Made by a program: the position numbers and the translations under genes. Source: Cytophagales bacterium (GTDB lineage: Bacteria; Bacteroidota; Bacteroidia; Cytophagales; UBA9547). From it: a stretch of DNA of 64,000 nucleotides. The stretch's first letter is position 1; the number at the start of each line of letters is the position of its first letter. The DNA lies in the NCBI GenBank assembly GCA_044357485.1, contig JBIKPL010000001.1, positions 2,988 to 66,987 of the forward strand. The letters are read 5' to 3'. Positions 37,523-47,508 of this stretch are shown here, one piece after another. Below the pieces are notes generated by a model, which ran no database searches, was not told the DNA's origin, and worked only from the letters and a program-made list of their open reading frames with translations.

Positions 37523-39928
37523 CTAATTGTTTGGGTCGTAAAATATTCTTTCAACTTTAGATTCTATCACAATATTAGGTTTTAGGGTTTTAACAGTTTC
37601 CATATTAAAATCGCCCCAAACATATATCACTTGGTAAAACTGACTAGACATAAAAGTATATAATGCTTTGGTAAACGAATCTCTAAATATCAAAACTTTG
37701 AGTTTGTTATTCGCTTTAGGATTGATCGTAGAAATAACCAATGATTGATAATCGGTTGGGTTATTTTCAAAATACTTACATCTTTTAAAATTAGGGTTTT
37801 CAAAATAGAACGCTAGTGAATCACTTTTAGGATAAAAGATTGGAGCAACTTCTGTATAGTCTTTTGGATTATGAGTACCCATTAAATTAACTAAATCACC
37901 ACCTTTAATTGCTATATTTTTAATATTAAACTGTTCTTTTTGCAGTGGTTTAACCTGAGGGAAGTCTTTGTTTACATTTTTAATGATATTGTTATAGGCA
38001 TAAAAGGCAGCCAATTGATTCCAGTGGGTATCATGTTTCAAGTATAACTTTTCAGTAGCCTTTTTAGTAGCAAATAATGGTCTATGGTCAATAATGGCAT
38101 TGTTTAATTGCTTACTATTGAAATAGGCTATTATTTGATCTGCCCTGCTGATATTACCTTTAATTAATAACTTACTTTTATAGTTAAAATTTTCTGGGTA
38201 TACAGTATGAGTGTTTGGATAAAATGTTCTGTAATACTTAATGCCTAATGTATCTAAAGTATGTTTTTTATTTTTATAGTTTACAACCAATTGTTGCAAT
38301 TGTGTCTCTGAAAGCAGATTGGTATGCGTGAAGTCTTTTACAATGTAATCGTTAGGATCATTGTGAAACATCCAACCGTTTTTGCCAAATACTACTTTGT
38401 TTGGTGTAGGCGATTCGTGGAATACGTTGATGTATATAAAACTTCTTAAATGAATTAAGGCAGTTCTGAAGCCAAAATTTTCCTCATAGTATTTAGAAAA
38501 CTTACTTGGGTACGTATTTATTTCACGAATATTGAAAATTACCTCTTGCGGTTTGGCTCTGTTTTCATCTAAACTTGCATAGATTGAAAATTGTTGATCA
38601 AAGAATGGCAATAAAATAACAATAATGAAAATTGCTCCTCCTAGGCTATTGATTGTATTTTTATAGAAGAATTTTGAATCGTTGCTTTGAAAATTAGTAA
38701 AATAATGAACAAAAAACGATAAGGTTAAAATGCCAATGATGATGATTAAATAAAATACATAAGAAGATAAATTGGGTTTATTGTAAATAATAACGGTATT
38801 TAAATTTTTTGACTGTAAAAATGGATCATACTCCGACCATAAGCCCTTAAGCGTAGTCGTGGTTAAATTGACCGAATTAAAATTGTAATTGATGTGAGGA
38901 ATAAATCCATTTTTAGAAAAATAACTTTCTATAAAATCTTTTCCTACTTTAATGTTTGCAGCACCAGCACTTAAAACAATGTTTTCAATGGCAATTTCCT
39001 TGTTATCACGATTTACACCAGGGTCTATTCGGATAAAAGTGGCGGTATCGTTATAAGGAATTTCAAATTGTAAATGGTTGGTTTTAGCTTTAAAAACAGG
39101 CGATTTAATGGAGTTTTCCTCTTTAAAAATGCCCTCTTTGCTGGTATAAAATACTTGAAACTCGTCATCATAATTTACTTTAACATCAAATGAAAGTTTT
39201 AATGTTTTTTCAATGACATTGGAAGCGATAGCATTGGCCATCCAAAATAATAAAACCGCAACAATGGCACTTAAAAATAGCGCACTGAATAAATGAAAAT
39301 GTTGGATAGAACTAAACATGAACACCAATAAAACAAATAACGCTACAGCCAAGGAGGCCATATTTATTTTATAAAGCTCATCCTCATATTGATAGGTTAA
39401 AAGTTTATTTAGATTTTTGGAGATAATAAAGGGGTCATAATCTGACCAAAGATTTTGTCTTTTAGTGGTATTGAGCACCAACGTATAATTAGAACCTTCG
39501 GTGCTAGTAATAAAATCGTTGTGTGTAAAAAAGGTTTTAAAATTATGCTTTCCGATGATAAAACCATTTGAACCTGCTTTGATAATTAAGTTTTCAATAG
39601 CAATTTTATGGTTTTCGCTTTGATGTCCTGGATCTATACGAATATAAGTTGCTGTATCACAATAGGGAATTTCAAGGCTAATGTGGGTACTGTTTTGCCC
39701 GCCAATGGTTTTAAAAAATTGGGAAGAGGTTTCATTAAAAGACCTGAAATCATTATAAAAAACTTGAAATTCATCATCTTTATCAAGTTTAACATCAAAA
39801 CTAATGTTTATTTTTTTATCAATTACTTTATCGATAGTCGTTCTAAAAATGACATTCACTATCAATCCAATAATGATACTGGTAACAATTGATTTACTTA
39901 TAAAACCTATATTGAATTTATTTTTCAT
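37523..39928 (-). CDS. AlgJ/AlgX-type (SGNH-like) polysaccharide O-acetyltransferase-family protein with duplicated N-terminal TM + beta-rich modules
   Basis: 801 aa. The C-terminal domain has KHDTHWN (D-x-H) and FRDSF (Ser) motifs like AlgJ/AlgX. The N-terminus holds two ~190-aa paralogous modules (FDVKLDKDDEFQVFY...YIRIDPG...IAIENLII versus FDVKVNYDDEFQVFY...FIRIDPG...IAIENIVL). Confidence 0.6.
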   Translation of the reverse strand: MKNKFNIGFISKSIVTSIIIGLIVNVIFRTTIDKVIDKKINISFDVKLDKDDEFQVFYNDFRSFNETSSQFFKTIGGQNSTHISLEIPYCDTATYIRIDPGHQSENHKIAIENLIIKAGSNGFIIGKHNFKTFFTHNDFITSTEGSNYTLVLNTTKRQNLWSDYDPFIISKNLNKLLTYQYEDELYKINMASLAVALFVLLVFMFSSIQHFHLFSALFLSAIVAVLLFWMANAIASNVIEKTLKLSFDVKVNYDDEFQVFYTSKEGIFKEENSIKSPVFKAKTNHLQFEIPYNDTATFIRIDPGVNRDNKEIAIENIVLSAGAANIKVGKDFIESYFSKNGFIPHINYNFNSVNLTTTTLKGLWSEYDPFLQSKNLNTVIIYNKPNLSSYVFYLIIIIGILTLSFFVHYFTNFQSNDSKFFYKNTINSLGGAIFIIVILLPFFDQQFSIYASLDENRAKPQEVIFNIREINTYPSKFSKYYEENFGFRTALIHLRSFIYINVFHESPTPNKVVFGKNGWMFHNDPNDYIVKDFTHTNLLSETQLQQLVVNYKNKKHTLDTLGIKYYRTFYPNTHTVYPENFNYKSKLLIKGNISRADQIIAYFNSKQLNNAIIDHRPLFATKKATEKLYLKHDTHWNQLAAFYAYNNIIKNVNKDFPQVKPLQKEQFNIKNIAIKGGDLVNLMGTHNPKDYTEVAPIFYPKSDSLAFYFENPNFKRCKYFENNPTDYQSLVISTINPKANNKLKVLIFRDSFTKALYTFMSSQFYQVIYVWGDFNMETVKTLKPNIVIESKVERIFYDPNN

Positions 39929-39939
39929 GTTTTTTACTA

Positions 39940-41391
39940 TTAAAATCTAAAGTAAATAAATGGATTATAACTACTAGCAGCGAGTTCCATTGAGCTTAAG
40001 AGTAACACCACCAAGACAAAAACAATATTGAGACTCCCAAAAACAAGTCTAAAACTTGCACTTGGTATGTTTAACTTTAGCATACTGTTTTTATATACAT
40101 ACTTAACAATTGTTTTCCTAATGGGGAATACAAAGACAAGGGCAATCACAAAAACGAAGACGGTATAATTGTTAAAATTGATAATGGCTTCGTAGTTATA
40201 ATTGTCTCCCACACTTAAACCAAACATTCTTTTGAGGTAAAAAAAGCCATATTCAAAGGTGTTTGCACGAAAAAATATCCATCCGATTAGCACAATAATA
40301 AGCATGTATAGATTCTGAACAAATTTAGGCAGCAATAGTAATACTTTGTTAAGACCAGCCCTTTCTAACATAATAAAACTACCATGAAATGCGCCCCAAG
40401 CCACAAAATTCCAACTAGCCCCATGCCACATTCCCGTTAATAAAAACACGATGGCAATATTTCTATAGGTTTTAAAATTTCCCCCTTTAGAGCCACCCAA
40501 TGGGATATACACATAGTCTCTAAACCAAGAGGAAAGCGAAATGTGCCATCTTCTCCAAAACTCTTGTATTGATTTTGAAATATAAGGGTAATTGAAGTTT
40601 TCTAAAAAATCAAAACCAAGCATTTTACCTAAGCCAATGGCCATGTCGGAATAACCAGAAAAATCAAAATAAATTTGTAAGGAATAACAGATAATTCCTA
40701 ACCAAGCGTCAACTGGAGAAACGGCATCAATGGTTGAATTAAACGATGCATCAGCCACCAAGGCTAAAGGATTAGAGATAATCACTTTTTTGCATAAGCC
40801 TGTAGAAAACCTTAAAATACCCGCAAATGTTTTTTCTTTGGTGATATTTCTATGCGCAATTTGTTTAGAAATATCATGGTAGCGCACAATCGGACCCGCT
40901 ACCAATTGAGGAAACAACGTAACATAAAGTGCGTGGTCTGCCAGGTTTTTTTGAACACTAATTTTGTCTTTATATACGTCAATTAAATACGACAAGGTAT
41001 GAAAAGTGAAAAACGATATCCCCAAAGGTAAATGTATCGATTGATAAGATTGGCTATCAAAATATTGTTCTAAATGCAAATTAACAATAAGAAAAGAGGC
41101 ATATTTAAAATAGATTAATGCCAAAATATTAATCCCTACAAAACCATACAAAGCCACATTGCTTAAGGATGCATTTTGTTGGTTTTTAAAATAATTGATC
41201 AACACTCCACCCAAATAACTCACGATGATAGAACCTAACATCACGGAAACATAAAACGATTCGCCCCAAGCATAAAACAACAAACTGGCTACGAGTAAAA
41301 ACTGATTTCTATATTGTGCTTTTACTAAACTATTTACCAATAAGATAATTGGTAAAAACATAAATAAAAATATTGGAGAACTGAAAACCAT
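39940..41391 (-). CDS. MBOAT family O-acyltransferase (AlgI/DltB-like)
   Basis: 483 aa polytopic. EFWRRWHISLSSWFRDYVYIPLGG contains the MBOAT His motif region. Confidence 0.85.
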   Translation of the reverse strand: MVFSSPIFLFMFLPIILLVNSLVKAQYRNQFLLVASLLFYAWGESFYVSVMLGSIIVSYLGGVLINYFKNQQNASLSNVALYGFVGINILALIYFKYASFLIVNLHLEQYFDSQSYQSIHLPLGISFFTFHTLSYLIDVYKDKISVQKNLADHALYVTLFPQLVAGPIVRYHDISKQIAHRNITKEKTFAGILRFSTGLCKKVIISNPLALVADASFNSTIDAVSPVDAWLGIICYSLQIYFDFSGYSDMAIGLGKMLGFDFLENFNYPYISKSIQEFWRRWHISLSSWFRDYVYIPLGGSKGGNFKTYRNIAIVFLLTGMWHGASWNFVAWGAFHGSFIMLERAGLNKVLLLLPKFVQNLYMLIIVLIGWIFFRANTFEYGFFYLKRMFGLSVGDNYNYEAIINFNNYTVFVFVIALVFVFPIRKTIVKYVYKNSMLKLNIPSASFRLVFGSLNIVFVLVVLLLSSMELAASSYNPFIYFRF

Positions 41392-41432
41392 ATCATTACA
41401 ATTAATTATTGACTATTTATTGAATTTAAGTA

Positions 41433-42527
41433 TCATATTTTTTTAGATTGTATCATATAAGCTTCATAATCATTGATGATTTTTTGCCATGAAAACTTAT
41501 CATTAATCTTTAGAATATTGTTGTCTATTTTAAGGCTATATTCGGCTTTATTTGTAACGGCTTTAAATAGTTGCGCTACCTCATTTTTATTTGTGAAATA
41601 AAAAGCATCTTCTTCTAAAATTGAACGGTTAAAAATATTGTCGTGTGCGCAAATAAGGGCATGAGAGGCCATGGCCTCTAACAAAGATGGATTTGTGCCA
41701 CCAACAGTATGCCCATGAAAATAGAGTGAAGCAAAATACCGTAAGTTGTTTAATTTGTTAATGTCATAAACCGGCCCTATAAAGATAATATTGCTATACG
41801 CTTTATACTTTTGTTGTAAATATAACCCAAATTTGTTTTGTGCATTACCAACCACTAAAAAAGGTTTTCCATCGCCGCTTGCTGCTATGCCATCTAATAT
41901 CACTTCAATGCTATTTTCAGGTTCCATTCTAGCGATCAGCATCGAATAGCCTTGTTTTTGCACATTAAATTCAGTTAATATGGTTTCATCAGGCGCCTCA
42001 AAAACATGTGCACCATACGGAATATACACCGCTTTTTGATTGTATTTTTTTTGTAAATAGGCTTGAATACCAATAGAGTCGGCGATTAAATAATCACTGA
42101 ATTTTACCCCTAAATATTCGGCAAATTGTAAAAAAAGTTGAACTGGTTTAGCATATTTGCTTCGTTTCCATTCTAAACCATCCATATTGGTGATGACAAC
42201 ACTTTTTTTAGGAAACAAAAATCCCCAAATACTGCTGCTGGTGTATCCTAATTGCAGAATGACATCAAAATTTCTTTTACGTGCATCTACAATACAATTC
42301 AGGTCATACACAAATTGACCTGCCGTACCTATTTTATCTTCAGGATCATTACAGTGTACAATCTCAACACCATTCCAATTGTTGCCTTGAAAGGGGTGAT
42401 GATGCGAATTATAAACTACAACTTGGTGACCTTTGGCAATTAAACCCACTGATAAATATTCAGCAAATTGTTCAAAACCACCATAATAATTGGGGATGCC
42501 TCGAGTACCAATAATGCCTATTTTCAT
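41433..42527 (-). CDS. Glycosyltransferase family 4 with DUF1972 N-terminal domain
   Basis: MKIGIIGTRGIPNYYGGFEQFAEYLS is typical of DUF1972. GT-B C-terminal domain. Confidence 0.75.
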   Translation of the reverse strand: MKIGIIGTRGIPNYYGGFEQFAEYLSVGLIAKGHQVVVYNSHHHPFQGNNWNGVEIVHCNDPEDKIGTAGQFVYDLNCIVDARKRNFDVILQLGYTSSSIWGFLFPKKSVVITNMDGLEWKRSKYAKPVQLFLQFAEYLGVKFSDYLIADSIGIQAYLQKKYNQKAVYIPYGAHVFEAPDETILTEFNVQKQGYSMLIARMEPENSIEVILDGIAASGDGKPFLVVGNAQNKFGLYLQQKYKAYSNIIFIGPVYDINKLNNLRYFASLYFHGHTVGGTNPSLLEAMASHALICAHDNIFNRSILEEDAFYFTNKNEVAQLFKAVTNKAEYSLKIDNNILKINDKFSWQKIINDYEAYMIQSKKI

Positions 42528-43369
42528 TCTTCTACTTTTCTTTTATCCAAATTAAAAGAGATCACCACATTCAAAATAAAGAGAAGTAAAGCTATTAATT
42601 CAAAAACAAATATGATAGGGATAAACTTTGGTGCTGATTTCTTCCTTGGTTTAATAAATTTCTTAACAATTGAAATCCCTGTAATTCTGTTAAATTTATT
42701 TTTAAAAATTTCTAACCTTGATTTTAAATCAACAATGTTTGACTGAATTTTACTAAAATCTGTCAACAACATGACATTCTTAGACGATTCGCCGTTGATG
42801 ATTCTTTTTTCAATCTCATTTTTAACTTTAGTAAGCGTATCAATTTCATTGACGATGTAATTGATGTTTTTAGATAAATAATCTTTGTCTGCAGATATCT
42901 TCTGACTAATAAAATCATTTGAATTAATCAATCGAATTAAACTTGAATTTAAAGTATCAAATATTTTTTTATCGGTAGAAATGATTTTAACCTTAAAATA
43001 GTTTGGTTGAGATAAATCCCCATCATCTTTTACATTTTTGTTCTCATCTAAAGAAGAGGCGCTAATGGCAACAATTTTATTGGCAGAAACGATGCTAATA
43101 TTCAATAATTTGGCCACGGTGGTATCATCATGTTCTTTGATGGCATCTTCCACATCTAAAATAATATCGACCACATAATCAGAAGGTACTTTATAACTTA
43201 AACCAATAGCATCTGATGTATATTCTTTTTCACTATAAAAAAAGGAACATAAACCTAAAACAAGTGCAATAGTAAAATAAGCAATTGCTTTTGTTTTATA
43301 TTTAATAACCAGCGATTTAACAAATTCAATTTTCACTAATATTGATTCATTGTCGTTTTCTTGCATCAT
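42524..43369 (-). CDS. Wzz-like chain-length-determinant topology protein (two terminal TM helices, coiled-coil middle)
   Basis: 281 aa. Call rests on TM near both termini and locus context only. 4-nt overlap with the downstream GT4. Confidence 0.35.
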   Translation of the reverse strand: MMQENDNESILVKIEFVKSLVIKYKTKAIAYFTIALVLGLCSFFYSEKEYTSDAIGLSYKVPSDYVVDIILDVEDAIKEHDDTTVAKLLNISIVSANKIVAISASSLDENKNVKDDGDLSQPNYFKVKIISTDKKIFDTLNSSLIRLINSNDFISQKISADKDYLSKNINYIVNEIDTLTKVKNEIEKRIINGESSKNVMLLTDFSKIQSNIVDLKSRLEIFKNKFNRITGISIVKKFIKPRKKSAPKFIPIIFVFELIALLLFILNVVISFNLDKRKVEE

Positions 43370-43479
43370 TATTTATGGTTTACAGTTTTCAAAAATAACC
43401 ATTTTTTTTTTAATATGATAATTTTTCTATTTTTGTCTACAAATTTGCCGTACTTGTTTTACGAATAAAGTCTAAAATT

Positions 43480-44964
43480 TTGAATAACAAAAATTTAATC
43501 AATGCAATTTCAGGGCTTTTGGGTTTTACCATACCAATTCTTGCATTGGTTTTTACTTCTCCTTATATTATCAATCACTTAGGTACTGAATCGTACGGGG
43601 TAATTAATATCACCTCCTTATTAATCAGTTATTTATTATTGCTCGATTGTGCGTACGAAGTTGTGTTAACACCAAAAATTGCAGCGAATAATGCTTTGAT
43701 TGGCAAATTGGCTTCCGATAGTTTGTTGGTATATATCACCGTGGGCCTTGTAGGGATTGTATTCATCACGTTGTTAGGGTATCCTTATGCTTTTTATTGG
43801 GTAAATATTGAAGATAGCCATAGGCTTGATTTATACTTGACCATGATTTGTACTGGATTTTCATTTTTATCCCTCATGTTGTTTTCTTGGAATAGGGCAA
43901 TATCCAATGGATTAGGCAATTATGTGAGTTCTAATTTTTTTTATGTCATTTTTAATCTCGGAGGAATATTAATTGGTGTATTGGTTGTGTATTGGGGATA
44001 CGATTTTTTGGGCTATACTTTCGCAAGATCAATGGTTTGGGTAGTAATGATTCCGATATATATCATTCACCTTCATAAATTTGTAGTAAAAATTAAGGTA
44101 AAATTTTCTAAAGATGCCTTTATTGATTTTACCAAAAATATTAAATACGGCTTTTGGCTACGACTTTCCGAACAATTTCTAAATAGAGCAGATCAATTAT
44201 TGATTACGGTGATCTTTGATTTAAAGGTGATTGCTTATTTTTCTGCCTGTTTTATTATTTACAATGCCAATACCTTGTTGGTCAGAAAAATGATTGAATT
44301 TACCTTGCCTAAGTTCGCTGCTTTAGTGGAGCAAAATAATATGACTACTCTAAAGTATGATTTTGAAAAATATTTTGAATTAACCACAGCGCTTGTACTC
44401 TTGGTATTTGGCACCACTATTTTTGTAGGTAATGATTTAATAATTGTATGGTTAGGGGCTGATTTCGCTTTACATGCCAATAAAATATACTTCAATATGC
44501 TTGTTGGGGGCGCTTTGTCAGGTATTTCAATTATACTATTGAGCTATTTTTTAATAGCCAATAACCAATACCCGCAATATTCTAAGTACCTCACCACAAG
44601 AAGTTTTGCTTATTTAATTTTATTTGTGTTGTTAACCATTATTTTTAAACTGAGTATCGATACCATCAGTATTTTATTTATCCTCAACGGGGTGGTAGAT
44701 TTTATGTACATGGTTTATACCATAAAGTCGTTTACCACAATCAAGTTCGACCTGTTAAATTTGAAATTTTACCTTTACACAACCTCCCTCTTAGGGCTAG
44801 CAATTTTGATATATGTATACCGATCTACTTTACCATTGTCTTATAATTTCTATAATTTAGTGTTAATGTGTGCAATCTATTTTTCTTTTTATATATTTGT
44901 TTCATTGATGTTAAATTACCCTAACAGATCAACTTATCTAAAACTATTTAAAATTAACCATTAG
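43480..44964 (+). CDS. Polysaccharide flippase (MOP/Wzx-like)
   Basis: 494 aa, more than 12 TM. Locus context. TTG start per track. Confidence 0.6.
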   Translation: MNNKNLINAISGLLGFTIPILALVFTSPYIINHLGTESYGVINITSLLISYLLLLDCAYEVVLTPKIAANNALIGKLASDSLLVYITVGLVGIVFITLLGYPYAFYWVNIEDSHRLDLYLTMICTGFSFLSLMLFSWNRAISNGLGNYVSSNFFYVIFNLGGILIGVLVVYWGYDFLGYTFARSMVWVVMIPIYIIHLHKFVVKIKVKFSKDAFIDFTKNIKYGFWLRLSEQFLNRADQLLITVIFDLKVIAYFSACFIIYNANTLLVRKMIEFTLPKFAALVEQNNMTTLKYDFEKYFELTTALVLLVFGTTIFVGNDLIIVWLGADFALHANKIYFNMLVGGALSGISIILLSYFLIANNQYPQYSKYLTTRSFAYLILFVLLTIIFKLSIDTISILFILNGVVDFMYMVYTIKSFTTIKFDLLNLKFYLYTTSLLGLAILIYVYRSTLPLSYNFYNLVLMCAIYFSFYIFVSLMLNYPNRSTYLKLFKINH

Positions 44965-46154
44965 TGGCAAATACAGATGATTCTCTTAAAAAAACATTAG
45001 TCAATTTTTATGTTTATTTCTTATTAGGTCCAAGCATATTTTTATGGCATTATTTTGATCGTCTTAAAATTATTTATGCCCTCCCTTTTGTGTTTGTAGG
45101 CTTGGTTTTTCTGTATAATTTATTGTACTCCAAAGACAAAAAAGACAATATCTCCTTTAAAAACAAGTATTTATATGTGGTATTGGGCTATTTTATCATT
45201 TGTCTGGTATCCATTTCTCTCAATTTAAATAGTAGTTTAAATTGGGCTGGTATCAACCGAGATATCCTGGTTTTTAGTACCCCGTTTATTATATATGGTT
45301 TTAATTTGTCATATAACCTTAACCATGTTAAGTATTTATTATTCATTTCAATATGTTCGTATTTTGCCATCGTAGGCTTAGAAAGTGATTTCTCTATCCA
45401 TTTATCCTTATTTAAAACCTCGGCTTCCAATAATGAGTTTCACGCAGGCATTTTATTTGGATTGTTTTTAATTGCTTTTTTTGTGTATAAGAAATATTAT
45501 TGGTTATTGATAAGCATATTCTTCATTTTATTGGCCTCTAAAAGAGCCATATTTTTAGGGTTAATTCCTGCCTTTCTTATTTTTTATACGCTTATTAAGC
45601 CATTCAAACTCTATGAGAAAAGAAATAATTGGCTAGTGTTTATACTTACTCTGGTGTATTACTTTATCTTATACCCAATTTCAATCAATTTGGAAGGCTT
45701 TTCTGGTTGGGCATTGAATTTATTTACCAGCGGGGAATACAATACCGTAGATTTCTTAATGAAAAGAGAAGTATTTGTTGACTTGTTAAACGCCCAAATA
45801 TTTAGTGGCGATTTTATAGATTTTGTATTTGGCCATGGGCCTGGTCAAGCAGATATTTATTTGCAAACAGGTGGACTTCCAGGATTTATGAAATACCTTT
45901 TAAGATCTCCCATAAACCCACACAATGAGTTTTGTAAATTGCATTTCGACTTAGGTATTGTAGGGGTATGTTATTTTTTCGTGATGGCGTATACCATGTA
46001 CATCAATAATTCTAAAGCGGGTATCTTGATATTCTTATTTACTATTCCTACTTTTTTAGTTGATAATCCATTGATCTTCATCTATTTTTCACACATCGCA
46101 AATATTATTGTCAATATCAATGAGCACAATGAGCAACATCTTATTTCTACATAG
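44964..46154 (+). CDS. O-antigen polymerase/ligase-like membrane protein (Wzy-like)
   Basis: 396 aa polytopic with a periplasmic-loop motif NPHNEFCKLHFDLGIVG. GTG start overlaps the previous stop. Confidence 0.55.
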   Translation: MANTDDSLKKTLVNFYVYFLLGPSIFLWHYFDRLKIIYALPFVFVGLVFLYNLLYSKDKKDNISFKNKYLYVVLGYFIICLVSISLNLNSSLNWAGINRDILVFSTPFIIYGFNLSYNLNHVKYLLFISICSYFAIVGLESDFSIHLSLFKTSASNNEFHAGILFGLFLIAFFVYKKYYWLLISIFFILLASKRAIFLGLIPAFLIFYTLIKPFKLYEKRNNWLVFILTLVYYFILYPISINLEGFSGWALNLFTSGEYNTVDFLMKREVFVDLLNAQIFSGDFIDFVFGHGPGQADIYLQTGGLPGFMKYLLRSPINPHNEFCKLHFDLGIVGVCYFFVMAYTMYINNSKAGILIFLFTIPTFLVDNPLIFIYFSHIANIIVNINEHNEQHLIST

Positions 46155-47271
46155 TTCTTCTGATTTTTACGGCTCGAGTAAAGTATTAATTTATTCTGTT
46201 GAAGCAGCGCTCCAAGCCGGTGCTGAACCGCATGTTATTTTGTCGGAAGACGGTTTACTTGCCGACTATTTTAAAAACAAAAACATTAAAACGAGTATCA
46301 TTAGGCTTGCCATTATCAGAAGAAAATACTTTTCTCCTTTAGGTCTTGTCAACCGGTTGTGGTTCTTGTTGTTAGCAACATTTAAAATTGCCCTTTACTG
46401 CAAAAAAAACAACATAAACATTATTTATTCCAATACTACGGGCGTGTTAGTCGGCTGTTTGGTAGCGTTTATCTTACGTAAAAAGCATGTATTTCACATT
46501 CATGAAATCATTGAAAAACCACGAATTTTAGTACAATTGATCTCTTTTTTAATCAATACTTCCTCCCATAAAGTTATTATTATCAGCAAAGCGGTGGCAG
46601 ATAATTGGATAAAAAATGGTGTAAAGGAAAAATTGATTGAAATTGTGTACAATGGTCAACCTGACATGGGCGATTATACAAGTCAATTAGACCTTAAACG
46701 CGACTTGAATTTGTCAAATGATACCTTGCTCATCACCATGATTGGTAGAATTAACCTTTGGAAAGGACAAGACTATTTTTTAAGAATTGCTGCGCAGGTT
46801 TTAACCAAAACCAAACAAAAAATTCATTTTGTGTATTGTGGTGATGTATATCCTGGCTATGAATTTTTGTATCAAAAATTAGCAACGCTCACAGAGGAGT
46901 TAGGACTACAAAAACAGGTCACGTATTTAGGATACAGAACTGATATTACTGATATTTTAGCCAACACCGCTATTTTTGTATTGCCTTCTATTACGCCAGA
47001 ACCTTTTGGTATGGTAATAATTGAGGCAATGGAAAGAGGTATTCCGGTCGTTGCTACCGCTCATGGTGGACCACTTGAAATTGTAGAAGACCAAGTAACG
47101 GGTTATTTAATTCCTTTCGACAACGTAACTGAAGCCGCCGACAAATTATTGAATTTGATTGACAATAATGTACTAAGAAAACAATTCGGAATTAACGGTA
47201 AACAACGTCATTTGAAAATGTTTTCTATTCAGCAATATCAAAAAGGCATTCAGCATATTCTACAATTTTAA
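46129..47271 (+). CDS. Glycosyltransferase family 4 (GT-B)
   Basis: EPFGMVIIEAMERGIPVVATAHGGPLEIV (EX7E region). ATG 46129 (MSNILFLHSSSDFYGSSK) is preferred over the track start 46108. Confidence 0.8.
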   Translation: MSNILFLHSSSDFYGSSKVLIYSVEAALQAGAEPHVILSEDGLLADYFKNKNIKTSIIRLAIIRRKYFSPLGLVNRLWFLLLATFKIALYCKKNNINIIYSNTTGVLVGCLVAFILRKKHVFHIHEIIEKPRILVQLISFLINTSSHKVIIISKAVADNWIKNGVKEKLIEIVYNGQPDMGDYTSQLDLKRDLNLSNDTLLITMIGRINLWKGQDYFLRIAAQVLTKTKQKIHFVYCGDVYPGYEFLYQKLATLTEELGLQKQVTYLGYRTDITDILANTAIFVLPSITPEPFGMVIIEAMERGIPVVATAHGGPLEIVEDQVTGYLIPFDNVTEAADKLLNLIDNNVLRKQFGINGKQRHLKMFSIQQYQKGIQHILQF

Positions 47272-47283
47272 TAGCCATAATTA

Positions 47284-47457
47284 AAGTCGTTTAGTTAACA
47301 AGTCTTGTTACTTTAAAATCCGTGAAGATTCGCTTAATCCACCAAATTTGTGTGCAACTTTGTTTTTATTCTTTGTCAAAGAATAAAAATTTAGAACGCT
47401 GATTGAGCGGATTGCACAGATTGACGCTGATTTTATCCTTAACTAAACGACATTGAT
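47284..47457. repeat. MITE-like nested palindromic element, copy B (174 bp, inverted relative to copy A)
   Basis: Terminal inverted repeats gtcgtttagttaa and ttaactaaacgac. Central palindrome at 47363-47389 (tttttattctttg t caaagaataaaaa). Flanked by a perfect 9-bp direct repeat ccataatta (47275-47283 and 47458-47466). Confidence 0.75.
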
Positions 47458-47508
47458 CCATAATTATGTATTGATTACTTTCTTATCGTTAAACCTATCA
47501 ATAGCATC

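Noticed and set aside
42252-42746. Plus-strand ORFs 42252-42443, 42281-42514 and 42468-42746
   Set aside because: They are antisense to the GT4/DUF1972 and Wzz-like genes, with no motifs.
43428-43435. TATTTTTG box upstream of the flippase gene, considered as a promoter
   Set aside because: The -7-like octamer is present, but no TTG lies at the expected 17-23 nt upstream distance. Not reported as a feature.
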